This document shows, piece after piece, positions 21,849 to 35,114 of a stretch of DNA of 64,000 nt. Made by a program: the position numbers and the translations under genes. This DNA is from Podarcis liolepis. Its lineage: Eukaryota. The stretch lies in NCBI GenBank assembly GCA_965112155.1, contig OZ218107.1. The stretch is one strand, 5' to 3'. Position 1 is the first letter of the stretch. Each line of letters starts with the position of its first letter. Below the pieces are notes generated by a model that was not told where the DNA came from, did not search any database, and saw nothing but the letters and a program-made list of their open reading frames with translations.

Positions 21849-23961
21849 TTCAATGACAATTATGCTTCATGGCCTTCAAGACTCCTTTCCACAGTTCTTA
21901 AAAGCAATTAGAAGTAAGTAGCAAGTCTGGATTGTTCATCCCCTTTCACAGCTGCAAACTGAATGGTACTCATTAAGGTATAATCTGGTTTGAATTTGCA
22001 GCTGTCTGCTTCCTAAGTTCCCTTTACTTTTTAAAATATCTATAGCCTCAAGCAACAATAATAAAGGGAAGAAAGAAGTGAAATAGCAACGATTTACCCT
22101 GCGGTATTTCCAAGACCTCTTCCTTTCACATGCATGATCATAGCTTCAATCTTATCCCACACTTTTTATGCAATACTATTCTCAACAGAATCTTTAACAA
22201 TATAGTTTCTGAGTACCATTTTAACACAACATATAAATGATGAATTAATATAAGTGCATCAGTGGTAAAGAGAGCTCTGTTTACCAGCTTAGGTTGATAC
22301 GCCATCTGTGACCGGTGTCAGTGGTAGGATCTGCTTCAGTTATTCATACACGAGTTACTTTCAAAGATGACTACTGTAAGCTACTCTACGGAGGACTGGT
22401 TTTGATGAGGGTTCAAAAGCTCCAGTTTATGCAAAATGTAACTGTCCAGATGTTGACGGGAGCCAACGGGGTGGGGTGGGGGTTTCCCTGAACTCATAGC
22501 ACCAATTTTGCACCAGTTGCATGCGTTAGTGGTGTGTTCCCAGGCAGAATTAAAAGTACAGTGTTAATAAGCCTTAGATTCCTAAATTGGGTTGGGCCAG
22601 GATAACTAAAGAACCATCAATCCCTGTATAATCCTGCCCATATATTAAGAACAGCTACGAAGGCCCAGCTTGTATGCCTGCCAGTAAAATCTATTAGGCT
22701 GGTGGCATGAAAGACGGATCCTTTTTGATGGTGGCTCTGTTGTTATAGAAGTCCCTTTCTGGATGGTGCTTGCTCATCTCCCCCCACTGGGTTCAACTGG
22801 GTCTTAAAAACGTGTCTGTTCCATGTTGCTTTTCCTTAACTGCGTTTCTTGAGACTTTGAGCTGCCTTACAATAGTGTATTCTTATGATTTGACACTTCA
22901 AATATTATTTATTTATTTTTAAATTTATATATCACCCTTCATCCAAAGAGCTCAGGGCAGTTCACAAGATAAAAATACAGGATAAAAATATAGCTTAATG
23001 TTTTGCATCTCATTGGGTACATGTCCTTGTGGGTGTTATGCCTTAAAAGGCTGGCTATATATACTTTAATCGTCCTAATCAAATGGTTGACTGTTTTATG
23101 ATATTCACTAAACAGGTGGTTGTAATGGTATTTGGCTGGCAATAAAGATATTTATACAAAAAATTGATGGAAATAATCATAGTAACAATTTGCAATTTTT
23201 TATTATTTTTTTAAATCACCCTCCAGAATTCCAGTCATAAATTGTGCATTCACATAAATAAACATCTCCTTTTTGATAGCTTTGGTCTTTCCCCCAATCC
23301 AGTTTTCTTTCCAGCCTTTCAGTTTTAATTGTAGGTTTTAATCTACATCATATAAAGCACCTGGCTCCCTTTCTAATGGCTGCTCCCGCCTTTAAAGACT
23401 GGAGAAGTGTTTCAGCTGTTTCTGGAATACAGATTGCTCAGTTTTACACACGGAAATTCCAACTACATCTAACTTTCAGAAAGGCAATACTCCCTCAGCA
23501 AAAGTGACTATTGGAAGTGGAGTAAGATGAACCAGGGTAACACATGTTCCCAAGGTATTCCCAGTACAGAGACGTTGAGGCCAGATGTATTTGAACATGC
23601 AGGAAAATCCTAATGTAGAAAAAGCCTCACGGGACTGCAGCTTACAGGACCTTTGGATCTCTTTCGCCCAACTGCAATTAATGTAAGTAGAAATCTTGGC
23701 TGCACTCCAAAAAGCACATACTTGGAGCCATCTCACCGGAATTGGAGTGACATGTTCATTGTAATTAATATCAAGCCTGCAGGGTAAAGGGCCTTTGACC
23801 AAGTATCAGAGAAAGCAGTCTAGGAGACCCAGGGAAACACAGAGTTTGGTTTTTATCCCCCACTTCCACTTCCTTATGCCTTTGTCTCCTAGATTGTGTC
23901 AATGCCTTCAACAGATTTTTACATGGTACGAGAGTGTAGATTCCTTTGTTTTTACCAGGTA

Positions 23962-24334
23962 AAGGTAAAGGTAAAGGTAATGGGACCCCTGACCATTAGG
24001 TCTAGTCGTGACCGACTCTGGGGTTGCATGCTCATCTCACTTTGCTGGCCGAGGGAGCTGACGTTTGTCCACAGACAGTTTTTCCGGGTCATGTGGCCAG
24101 CATGACTAAGCCGCTTCTGGCAAACCAGAGCAGCGCACGGAAACGCCTTTTACCTTCCTGCTGGAGCGGTACCTATTTATCTACTTGCACTTTGACGTGC
24201 TTTCGAACTGCTAGGTTGGCAGGAGCAGGGACCAAGCAATGGGAGCTCACCCCGTCGCGGGGATTCGAACCGCCGACCTTCTGATTGGCAAGTCCTAGGC
24301 TCTGTGGTTTAACCCACAGTGCCACCCACGTCCC
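23962..24334 (-). mobile_element. Sauria SINE, full length
   Basis: (AAAGGT)n tail at left, GGGACGTGGGTGGC head at right; TSD tttttaccaggta / ttttcaccaggta. Confidence 0.92.
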
Positions 24335-26055
24335 TTTTCACCAGGTACATCCCACCTAATTAATACAACTTCTGCACTTCTGCTTTTTTTGTTCCATATT
24401 ACATTGATAGTTCATATGCATGCACGAATCAACTGTGTGAATCAGCCTGGAAAGCCAATGTGGGGTGTGGGGTGGGTGGTTTCTCTGCAGAAGGCGTGCG
24501 ACATTGAGAAGATCCATATTGAGAAAGATCCACTTGGGTGCACCGAATGTGAGCCTTACACAAGGTGCCATATTATGAAAGATTACCAGAATCCCCCTCT
24601 GATGCAGGCAACCCAGCTTTTAGGAGGGGAGGCTAGACTTGGCAGTTGCTTCAAACCAATTTGTGCAGTGATTCTCAGCTTGTGGAGAGTCCTTTGTGTG
24701 CAGTACTACATTGGATTGTTTAATGCGCTGCTGCAAATTCACATTGAGGATGTAAACAAGTGCCAAGTTCTCCACACGGCAATTGCTCCGCACAAATGTC
24801 TTGCTGAGCTGCAGTTATGTGAGTAACCTTCTAGTGGCCCCATTCTCACTTTCTCGGCATGAGTCCCCTAAGAAAATGGGGTGTGTGCATTTGTGTACTC
24901 TAATCTAGCCAAAAGTGCTGGACAGCTAGTCTGCCTAAATAAGTACACTTCAGAGGGAACGTGGATTTTTAATTAAAGGAAAAACACTGAAATCGAAACT
25001 TGGGCAGGTTGGCAATGTTAATTTCTCCAGAAAATAAGGATTCCCACAAATTCTTTTTTTAACAAAACAAAACAAACCAGCTGCCCATAATTCAGCAACC
25101 AGTAATTCAGACATGGTGTCTGAATTAATTCAACAAAATAGATGACCACCAGTGGGATCCTAAACTCTTTATACCACTTTAAAATGTACTTTATTCTCTG
25201 AGGGAACATTCACTCCAACCGCTAAGCAAATCTGCTCAGTTTGGCTTCTATCATTTAGGACACCACCTACAATTAATACCTAGTTTTGTTAATAAATACA
25301 CTACCCAGTTTCTCTTTATTACAGCCACGGGTTTAACACAGTACCTTCTGTGTTCAAAAGCAGATGCTCTACCACTGAGCTGTGGTCCCTCACACACACC
25401 TGTTTTGTTTACCATCTAGCCTGCTGAAGAGTTATGGAGAACTCGAAAATTTGCATGCTATTTTGCGACATTTTTGGCTTAGCCTAATAATGGCCCAATA
25501 TGGATTTTTTTTTTTATTATGGACTGACATTACTACCTTTACTTTTAATGAACTGATCTCTCCCATAGAGATCAACAACACAACATCATCCCAGTCTCGT
25601 AAGAAGAAAAATAATATTGTGTTTAGTCACCAGTTGAAAACTTGTTTTGCATATATTTGCATTTGATACAGAGCCAGTAGTTTGACATTACCATTCTTTA
25701 CTGCAGCAATAGGTCAGAGGAAACGTATAGAAAATTAAATAGAATAGCATAGCTTATTGTTAACTGTCTGTGGACATCCCTGTCTGTTTAATGAGATATT
25801 TCCAATTAAGGTTTTAATGGGCAACCTGAAAATTCACCACTACAGTGTTAGGGGTCAAAATAAATTGTATATAAAGGAAGGACTGACATTTGGGGTTTTT
25901 GCAGCATTAACTGTAATTTACGGTAATCAATAGTATCCCATCCTGCTCCACACACACATGTTTTTCATGAGAACGTACTAGAAACTGTATTGCTTATGTT
26001 TCCTTTGTTCAGTTCTTTAGCTCAGGATTCTAACATGATTTTGTTGGCATATATC

Positions 26056-26500
26056 TGTCTCGAGAGACAATGAAGCAGTGTGCCTTTGGGGGTGAAGTCA
26101 AACCATTGAAGAGTTACAGCGCCTGCTGTGGCTGTAGAGGCCAATACGGGAGAGACACATGTTTTGTTGCAGCTGGTGCAGATGAAGGTATCCAGTTGTG
26201 CTGCTGCAGGGACAGCATGGTGTTTCTTCTTTCTGCACTCCTCCCAGTGTTGATTCCTCCTCTGTTCATTGCTGTGACTATACTATTTGACTGCCAGTCT
26301 CCAGGCACTGAGGTTGTGTGCAAGGGATTCCCACATGGTGGGGTTAATGTTGCCAGCCTTCATTACATGTTTACGGACATTTTTATAACACAAGAGTTGG
26401 TCTGCCAGCAGGCCTAGTGCCTGAAGCCAGTTCCCTGCAGAGTATGTCTTTGTGGATCCTGCCATCTTTCATTCTGTGGACATGAACAAGCCACTGTCAA
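26056..26500 (-). mobile_element. RTE-clade LINE 3' fragment
   Basis: Minus-strand frames give WLVHVHRMKDGRIHKDIL...ELASG, CYKNVRKHVMKAGNINPTMWESLAHNLSAWRLAV and a terminal C/H-rich ...CLSRIGLYSHSRRC, typical of the RTE ORF end; frameshifted. Confidence 0.75.
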
Positions 26501-28339
26501 CATCCCTGAGACAGGAGAGCAAACATGCACCAACTAATTATTTAGATGCAGTCAAATTGTGAATTCTGCAAAGAACCCTAAAGCAGGTGCTATTTATCCT
26601 TCCCTAAAATAAAAGATGCTCTGTCCACAGCACCCAGGATTTAAAGTATCTAAAAAGAACACATCATTACAACTTCACACTTCTTCTTCTTTTGCCCCTT
26701 CCAATTGCTACAAAGCTTTCAAAGGCAGTTCTGCATAAAGCACCTAAGAAGAGTCTAGTATTTGAGGCTTCAAATGCATGAATGATAATTGTCCAGTCTG
26801 AATGTCAGAAAAGCTTCTAGCTCACTTACCTGAGGGAGCTAGTGAATGCAACTCTTGCACACCACTACAGATAATGGGATTATGATTGTGCAAGTTAGTA
26901 GTGAACTGGAGCTGTGTTAATGCCTTCACTTTTCACTCCTTGTGATGCTATAAAGTCTTTCTGGTTATAGGTAGCCAGGTGCAGTATCAATTTCTTCCCA
27001 GTCTATCCCTGATCAGTGCAGCACCCTCTGGAATTCGGTATTTTTAAAAAAAGACCAGGCTGTCTTTCTTTCCTGTATTCCCAAACCTTTGATTAATTAA
27101 ATAATCTATAGCCTTTTAAACTGTGTGTGTGTAGTGGGTTATTGTTTTTATTTGTCACTATGTTGTGTATTTTTGTATTTTTATATTGTAAACTGCTCTG
27201 TGATACTCAGATGGTATAGACTTTTAATTAATAATAATAATAATAATTTTATTTTTTGTGTTCATCTTCATTATGTGTTTATAGCTCTACAAAAAGTCAG
27301 ACTAACAAATTGGTGGCAAGCAGCAGCCACTTACTCAAATTATGGAAAGCCTTTTCATTTACAAAAACCTGTTTTGGTTTTGCATTTGCCTTTAACTTTT
27401 TTTCTTGAAATGAATCTGCTGTTTGTGTTGCATTTCCCAAATGTAGAAATTAGATGAATCAGTTTCATAGAATTCTTTCCAAAACAGGACCATTTCCCTT
27501 CTCTACTCTTTCTCCCACTCATCCCACCTTCTTTCAAGTCAAGCATTTCCAAGAATCAGTGCTTCCTACTGTGGCCATTTTAAAAATATCAAATTGATAG
27601 CACAGCATAGGTAACCTTTATGATACATTATCTGATTTTCATTTTAACCAAATGATCTGTTTAGTGGTTGAATGCTATGGTCCCAGTTCTCTTAATCCTC
27701 ACAAATGTGCTTTGCTTTGCAAGGGTAAAGGTCAGTAATTATGAATCATTTCCTCCTACAGCTCCAGAAAAAGGTTTACAGAATGAATCACCAAGGAACA
27801 GCTCGTCGCTGCAATCTTCTCTGAAGGCAAGTCCCCAGGCCCTGAGGCCTAGACAATGTAAACAAGGATGCCCTTTAATCTTCTAGCTATCTAAAATACC
27901 CTCCTGCACTATAAAATGTTATGTAAGAATGCTGAGGAAATGGGTGGCTACAAAATTCAGGAGATGTGTACCCTAAGGTGGCCGCAACTAAGAATGATAG
28001 TCATCATGCAAATCTCTACTTCTAACTATTGCATTTTGTACACAGCCCAATGGTGTGATTGATAGCTGTGCATAACTGACACAATCCTTGCACAGAGGTT
28101 TTATAATCTGTTACACAACGTAAAAGGACAGTTCAGGGTTGAAAAGGAATGGTTGTGGAGGAGAATCAGGAAGTTGTGGATATGGAGAAGAAGGGCTGGT
28201 GAGGCAGTGGATCAGGAAAAGCTTTGCTAAAGAAGTGCTTTAAGATAGACATGAAAAAGGAAAGGAAAACAGCTCAATTAATAGTGTGAGACATGCACCC
28301 CAACACCCTGAGGTGAGGAATTTCAGCGATTCTGCTGTT

Positions 28340-28812
28340 TACCTGGGGTTAGTTTCCTTATAATGTCACTGGAGACATATGACATTTCCACACCTGCTCA
28401 AATTCATTTTGTTTGTTTGGGCCCTGTTTCCCAATCTGTTAAGGTGATCTTGAATCCCGATTCTGTCTTCTGTGACATTAGCTACCCCTCCCAGCTTGGT
28501 GTCATCTGCAAATTGGATGAGCATCTCCTCAATTTCTTTGTCCAAGTCGTTTATAAAGAGGTTGAACAACAACAGTCCCTGGACAGGACCCTGAAGCACC
28601 CACTTTGTAACTTCTTTTCATAATAATGAGGAACCATTATTTAGCACTCTTGGGGTCTGGTCAGTCAACCAGCTAAAAAAATCTACCTTTTACCTTGTCC
28701 GGCCCACATTTTAACAGCTTCTCCACAAGAATGTCATGGGGCCAGGGGACTCTGTCAAAAGCCTTACTGAAATCAAGATACTCTGCGTCCACAACATTCC
28801 CTTGAGCCATGG
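28340..28812 (-). mobile_element. CR1 LINE reverse-transcriptase fragment
   Basis: ORF 28366..28599: QGPVQGLLLFNLFINDLDKEIEEMLIQFADDTKLGG (FADD catalytic motif, CR1 type). Confidence 0.88.
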
Positions 28813-29834
28813 AGTTTACTACCTCTTTGGATAGGCTCTTAGGGTGATATTCAACTAAGTCATACGTTGAGCATCCAGGTAATCAATTTGATTTCAGTGG
28901 GTCGTCTCTGAGTATGATAAAACTGGATTGTGTAGAGTAACGGGGGGGGGGGACAAGTTGGAATAAATCCATTTGCTTTCGTTCCTCAATAGCAAATTGA
29001 AATACTAATGTATTTTGCATATTTATTTACATGATCTACTGCACTGAATAATTGTGTGAAGGGAACACACACAAGGGGCTTATGTGATGCAGCTTGATCT
29101 CCTCTGTTAATGCCACTGGAGGAGAACACTGAAGGGTTTTTTGTTTTTTTGAGGGGGGAGAGGTTTCAAGGACACAGAAAAGGGGAAACTTTGCACCCCT
29201 TTAAATTATGAAAAGTGTGAGGGATGCCACATATGGTTGGGGGCACTTTCAGCCTCTATGAAGAGTCATAGAGCATTAGAACTTTGAGACACTGGTCGTT
29301 TGGCAACCCCAGGCTGGAATGATCTCTTGTGAAGAAGATTCACGTGCTGAAATAAATGGTAGTTCAATGGAGAGTAAGTATACGTTTTGCACCTCAAAGG
29401 AAAAAAACTAGTCTGTCTTATAAGGTTTCCGAAGGGATCTCACATTTCTGAAATGGACAGCTGGCCTGTTCAATCTGGGACATGCTAATTAACCTACCCG
29501 TTATGTTACAACTTGAGAATATTTAACGAGCTGGGACCATAGAAATTGCTGAGGAATTTTGGCACAGTGGACAAGGATTGCCTTGTGCACAGTTAAATCC
29601 TTCCCACCTGCTGCCCAAGTACCAGGCTATCCTGACCTCAGTAGGATCATTAGTCAGGCAAGCCAGCATTTGCCCCCAAATGTAGAGAAACTTTATGGGA
29701 TTGTCTTTTTTTTTTTTTAAAAGAACTATTCTCCCCCCCCCCTCTCTCTCACACACACACACACACCACTTTTCCCCCTGATGGGACTCAAGGCAACTTA
29801 CAGATAAAATCAAGAACTGTTGCACATTAACAAT

Positions 29835-29836
<2 letters not shown>

Positions 29837-29920
<84 letters not shown>
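29837..29920. repeat. Compound microsatellite (CAG)9(CAA)19
   Basis: Read directly from the sequence. Confidence 0.96.
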
Positions 29921-29922
<2 letters not shown>

Positions 29923-30049
29923 CTTCAGCTTAAGTCCAGCAGTTCATGTCATTACCGCCTTTGGTAGCAAATGAATCGACTTTTTATAATCATTGGACTA
30001 GATGATCCTCAGTGTACCTTCCAACTCTATGATTCAAGAACATTTAAGA

Positions 30050-30905
30050 TCATAGAAACATAGAATTTTAGAGTTGTAAGGGACCTCAAGGGTCATCTAG
30101 TCCAACCCCCTGTGGTTGTTACCGGAAAATCCGAGGGCTCCCTTGGACAAAAACAAAGACACCAACCAGGATAACATGGAGCACAACAGCAGCCTGTAGG
30201 CTTGGCCTTTATTGAACTGTTGCAACAGGGTGTTCCCCTCACTCGCAGGAGAGAGGAAAGACCCAGAAAGATGGTGTGCAAGACCTTATAAAAACTTTTA
30301 AAATTCCCATCCTCTAGGACAAGCCCACCCCCAGAAACATCATGCATACATTACAGAAGGGGTTGACATCATGCATACATTACAGAAAGGAGGGGTTGAG
30401 GGAAGAGTTGTAGTGGTAACCTGAGTGTCCTGTCACCTGGCTTTCCCCCTGCCCATGAGTCACTTCCAGGAGACAAAGGGGAGTTTGCAGTTTCCTGCCC
30501 CCAAAGGGAAGATCTGATCATTGTCCTTTGTTTCAGTCCATGCTGAATCCACTCCCATATGCAAGTTCTTTGTGATCCTGATTGTCTTCTGTCTGGGATC
30601 ATCAGGGTTGACATAGCAACTGGGCAGGGCTCCTGTGGATGTGCTGGGATGGTGAAGGGATTATGGCTGACCAGAACCAAGCCACCCCCCTTTGATAGTC
30701 CTTGTCATGTGGAGTAAAATAAAAATGGAACAGTGCAAATCCGATGTATGGTTGATTCTTCTATGAATTTATAACAGAAATGTGGTGTATGTAGTGTGTG
30801 AGTGTGAGTGTGTGTGAAGTTTGTACAAACAGAATGATTGGGGTGGGGGTGGGGTTCCTGCTACATGGTGCAGGAATCTTGACGAAAGCATCCATGACAG
30901 ATAAG
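30050..30905 (-). mobile_element. CR1 3'-end fragment split by a solo LTR
   Basis: catagaattttagagttgtaagggacctcaagggtcatctagtccaaccccctg resumes after the LTR as gcaggaatcttgacgaaagcatccatgacag, colinear with the unsplit CR1 end at 45327. A second CR1-type tail faces it at 29993-30035 (+). Confidence 0.75.
30117..30865 (-). mobile_element. Solo LTR (749 bp), probably class I ERV
   Basis: TG...CA termini with perfect 4-bp TSD tggt (30113-30116 / 30866-30869); on the minus strand TATA (~30286-30293) precedes AATAAA (30208-30213); internal tandem duplication of acatcatgcatacattacagaa. Confidence 0.85.
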
Positions 30906-31361
30906 GGATTCAAGTTAATTACGTTAGACATGCCTTCTGTGGAAATCCTATAGGAATCTGGTGGCGTGTGACTTGGGCCTTATTGCCAAGTAAACATGGG
31001 TGGTTAGGCATTGCGAATGATTGCTTCAATGTGAATTAAATGTGGCTGAATTTGTTCATATGGATTCTAAGTTCAGTATCTACCTTGATCCATACTTATA
31101 AAGGTTTAAGTGTGTGTGTGTGTGTTAGTCCCTCTACTGAAATGACAAAAAAACACTGCATGTGGGAAAACTGAGCGCAAAAAATTGTTGCACCCAACAT
31201 CAGTCACTGACTGGGTCCTATCTGGGTCCATTCACAGTAGGAGCACAGGTGACATAAGCAGAGCAAGGTGTACTCGGAAAGAATCTCACCACAGTTGCAT
31301 TTTGTAGCAGAAACTTAGGCCAGCCTCTGACCCCCGTGCCAGCTTGTTCTGATACATGGTA

Positions 31362-31581
31362 CAGTGGTACCTTGGGTTAAGAACTTACCATAATTCTTTC
31401 TGGAGGTTTGTTCTTAACCTGAAACTGTTCTTAACCCGAGGTACCACTTTAGCTAATGGGGCCTTCCACTGCCGCCGTGCGATTTCTGTTCTCATCCTGA
31501 AGCAAAGTTCTTAACTCGAGGTACTATTTCTGGGTTAGCGGAGTCTGTAACCCGAAGCGTCTGTAACCCGAGGTACCACTG
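31362..31581. mobile_element. Tc1/mariner (Tigger-like) MITE
   Basis: Same family as 15803-16026; CAGTGGTACC TIRs, TA TSD. Confidence 0.9.
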
Positions 31582-33069
31582 TACTTATTAATCTATAGGA
31601 TTAGTGCATGGTGGAATATTACCATTTTAACTGGCACACATAAAATATGAAACCCAGCATTATAGAGACATTACTCATTGTATTACCGCACTGATAGCTG
31701 ATTTGAAAAAGTGTCATGGGCTATTTTGAAAACAGTATCGCATTCCTTTCCAAGTGCATCATTCTACAGTGCTCATGACAAACCACGGTAATTGCTAGTT
31801 CCTAGAAATGATTGCACAATATATACATACTTTTTTATTTAAAAAAATTGAAAACACACCCATCTACAGCATATTAATCTGTTCATGCATTAGTGAATAT
31901 TTTTCATGCTTCATGGTTGACTAGCCTGACAGCACCGCAGAGACGTTCAGAATATGGCACAGATTTGGCCTTTCTCATATGACTATAAGGTGCTGGTGCT
32001 TCTCTTTTAAAGACCTTAGAAGCTTGAAATCTATATGTCTGAGAGATGTTTATTCATATTTGAGCTTGTTTATCAAAGCTGGTTTGTGGGGAAAATGCAT
32101 TATATCATAGAAAGAAACGGGATATGTCTGGATCCAGGTTAATATAGAAAACACCACCACCAGTGCACACTAAATACATACTAAACTGTAGTGTGCACAC
32201 AGCCTCACAAACCAGTTTTGATGTGAAGAGAGACTGATGGAATTCAGCCTTTTATAGCTGGCATACACTGGATCAGTGTTTTAATTTTTTTATTCCTTTC
32301 CTAATATATCTAGCAGATACGCCACCTTTTTTTTGCAGCTTCTGCACATTGGGTCAGTGTTCCAGTTTTTCTTATTTTAGATTTTAGCAATCTAGGCCAT
32401 TCTAAAGAGCTCTTTTTATTTCTCTCCAGATTGAGAAATAATAATTCATACAGAGTACTGTTGCAATGTTTGAGCAACTCTGTTGATTTCATCAGGAAAG
32501 TACTCTTATTGAGGTCAGTGGTACTGCCACATTGAGGACATGGGTCATCAAGCCCATGTTGCAATAAACCATATAAATATTTTTTTTCCAGTTGTATTGT
32601 TTCAACATTGTATATTCTTCAAGGTAACAATTACTATGTTATCTCACACTCCATAGTCATCCACATTGTATTATTGAGCTGTTTTCATATGTCACCATGT
32701 AACTTCTACTAAAAATACTACTTCCACTGGCCGATCTTTGTATCACAGTTTTATAATAGGCTAGTATTGCCTAGATTGTGTGGCTAATTCTCACTGACCC
32801 TGGAATGAACCATATAATATGAATTTCTCAGTTTGTATGTGCTACAGATGAGATGTGGATCCCCTTAGAAGTAGCATTTTGGCAAGGAGCATACCGTTAT
32901 GAAAATCAGCAATTTCTAAATGCTTATCTAAATGCATATATTCTTGGTAGATCTTCAGATTGCTGAGGAAACAAGATGTAGAATTATAGCAAAAGCTAAC
33001 GAAATGCCTTCTGAAGCAGTAGAAAACCGCTGTGGCAGGTCCTATAATAAAACAAACCTTCTATTTATA

Positions 33070-33290
33070 GTTACAGATAGGTAGCCGTGTTGGTCTGCCA
33101 TAGTCAAAATAAAAAAATTCCTTCCAGTAGCACCTTAAAGACCAACTAAGTTAGTTCTTGGTATGAGCTTTCGTGTGCATGCACACTTCTTCAGATGTGT
33201 ATCTGAAGAAGTGTGCATGCACACGAAAGCTCATACCAAGAACTAACTTAGTTGGTCTTTAAGGTGCTACTGGAAGGAATTTTTTTATTT
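33070..33290. mobile_element. Penelope-like element terminal-repeat (pLTR) insertion arranged as a perfect inverted repeat
   Basis: Arms 33107-33196 and 33201-33290 are exact reverse complements with loop GTGT; nearly identical to the pLTR of the GIY-YIG element at 40462-41037; perfect 12-bp TSD cttctatttata (33058-33069 / 33291-33302). Confidence 0.92.
33199..33236 (+). ncRNA. Minimal hammerhead ribozyme motif in Penelope pLTR
   Basis: GUAU-CUGAAGA-A-[GUGUG CAUG CACAC, stem II]-GAAA-GC-UC^-AUAC: core CUGANGA/GAAA/UH, helix I GUAU/AUAC, palindromic AGCU in place of helix III. Confidence 0.75.
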
Positions 33291-34123
33291 CTTCTATTTA
33301 TAAGCATTCTTAATCTACACTTTTTATCAACTACTGGCTTATCTGATATTTCTATGTCATTACAGAAGACATGGCAATGGCAAGGTACCAAAGAATGTAT
33401 TCATTATGGAAAAATATATTGGGCTACATAAATACACACACACACATTCACTCACTCACACTCAATCACTGAGAAGAAGGGGGGCTCAAACTGTATAAAT
33501 GGCACGTGCAGGCCCGGTCCTTGTGTGTGCCAGCCCCACTCTTATTCTGTTGACGTGTTCAGTGTGTAGAACTGAATGAAGTTCTACTGCACATGAATGA
33601 AGAATCTCTCTAAAATGAGATTTTAAAATCTACATCTTTGGTAACTCAAAGATCACATGATTCTTTTTGTAAGCAAAGTACTTTTCTTTTTAAGTCACTT
33701 GGAACCTTTTTCATCTTTATTTTACTGCCAGAAGATGGAGACTTGCTTGCGGTAACTTCTGGAAACTGTGAGTAAAACGTTCACTTATTTGCAAAGCTAA
33801 GTGTCTATGATTTATTCTAGCCTATGTATTTTTTGTGAGGAATGTTTGTTTATAGTTGGATGTGGGCAAATGCAAATTTAACCATGTTTCAGTGTGTTTG
33901 GATCAATCACCATTATGCTTAACTCTGCTATGAGAGAGTGAAAGGATGTCTCTCCAATAGTTCCAACAACAGGAGTTGCAGTGGTCTAATTAAAGATAGT
34001 GCCCCCACCTTCTAAAATATCATTGAGCCCAGGTGTCCTGTTAGGCCCAATGGGGGCCATATTTGGTCCACAAGACCATAGCTCCCAGTACACATTCACT
34101 TGTCCCACTCTCTGCATCATATA

Positions 34124-34381
34124 CTGTGGTACCTCGGGTTACATACGCTTCAGGTTACATACGCTTCAGGTTACATACACTTCAGGTTACAGACTCCGCT
34201 AACCCAGAAATAGTACCTCGGGTAAAGAACTTTGCTTCAGGATGAGAACAGAAATCGCACAGCAGCGGCGCGGCAGCAGTGGGAGGCCCCATTAGCTAAA
34301 GTGGTGCTTCAGGTTAAGAACAGTTTCAGGTTAAGAACAGACCTCTGGAACGAATTAAGTACGTAACCAGAGCTACTACTG
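34124..34381. mobile_element. Tc1/mariner (Tigger-like) MITE in opposite orientation, with three tandem 16-bp units
   Basis: TA TSD; same family as 15803; internal ggttacatacgcttca x3 (third unit has one substitution). Confidence 0.88.
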
Positions 34382-35114
34382 TACAGGCCTTCACTTCAGA
34401 AGTAACTGCTTGAAAACACACTTAAAAGGAAAAGTCTCTCAACTCCCATCAACTGATGAGCACTGAGAGACAGCCCTTTGAAACCACTTGGAATCACAAC
34501 TCAAAGGCAATGGCATCAACTGTATGATTTAGAAGAATAAAAATTAATCATGTGAAAAATGAGGCAAGAAATATTTGATTGGAGGGAGTAGTAAAGCGGC
34601 AAACTTTCAAAGCTTAGTTTTTCCAGTGGATAAGGTCTCTAGTTAACTCGGATCCTTTCAGTTTAAGTGACTGGGAGCTGCACATTTCCACATCCCCAGT
34701 AGGAGATCGCACAGATGTTTTTGTATTTTCTATTTCTATTTTCTTCCCATCAACCCGCTTTCCAATATTGCTGTGAGCAAAGAACTGTGAAAAGCCAAAG
34801 GACAGGAACAGACAACTTTTAGCCAGTGAGCTGCCTTTTCCTCACCAAATTCTTGCAGGATGACAAACTGCAAGCATATTGCACAAAACAACAAAAATCA
34901 TCTGTCCAGCTAAATATGGTTGCCAGCATTTTATTGTCTGAGACATTTCAAGGGCATTTCCAAATTACTTCAGTATTTATCAGACACTGTGTTGCAGCTC
35001 TTACAACATGCCTCATGAGTTGTCCATGATGCAGTTTTTATTGCTGCTAGTCTTTTCTTCCCAGATATCCTTAAATATTGTGTGAACACCATCCGGCATT
35101 CATTACAGAAAGTA

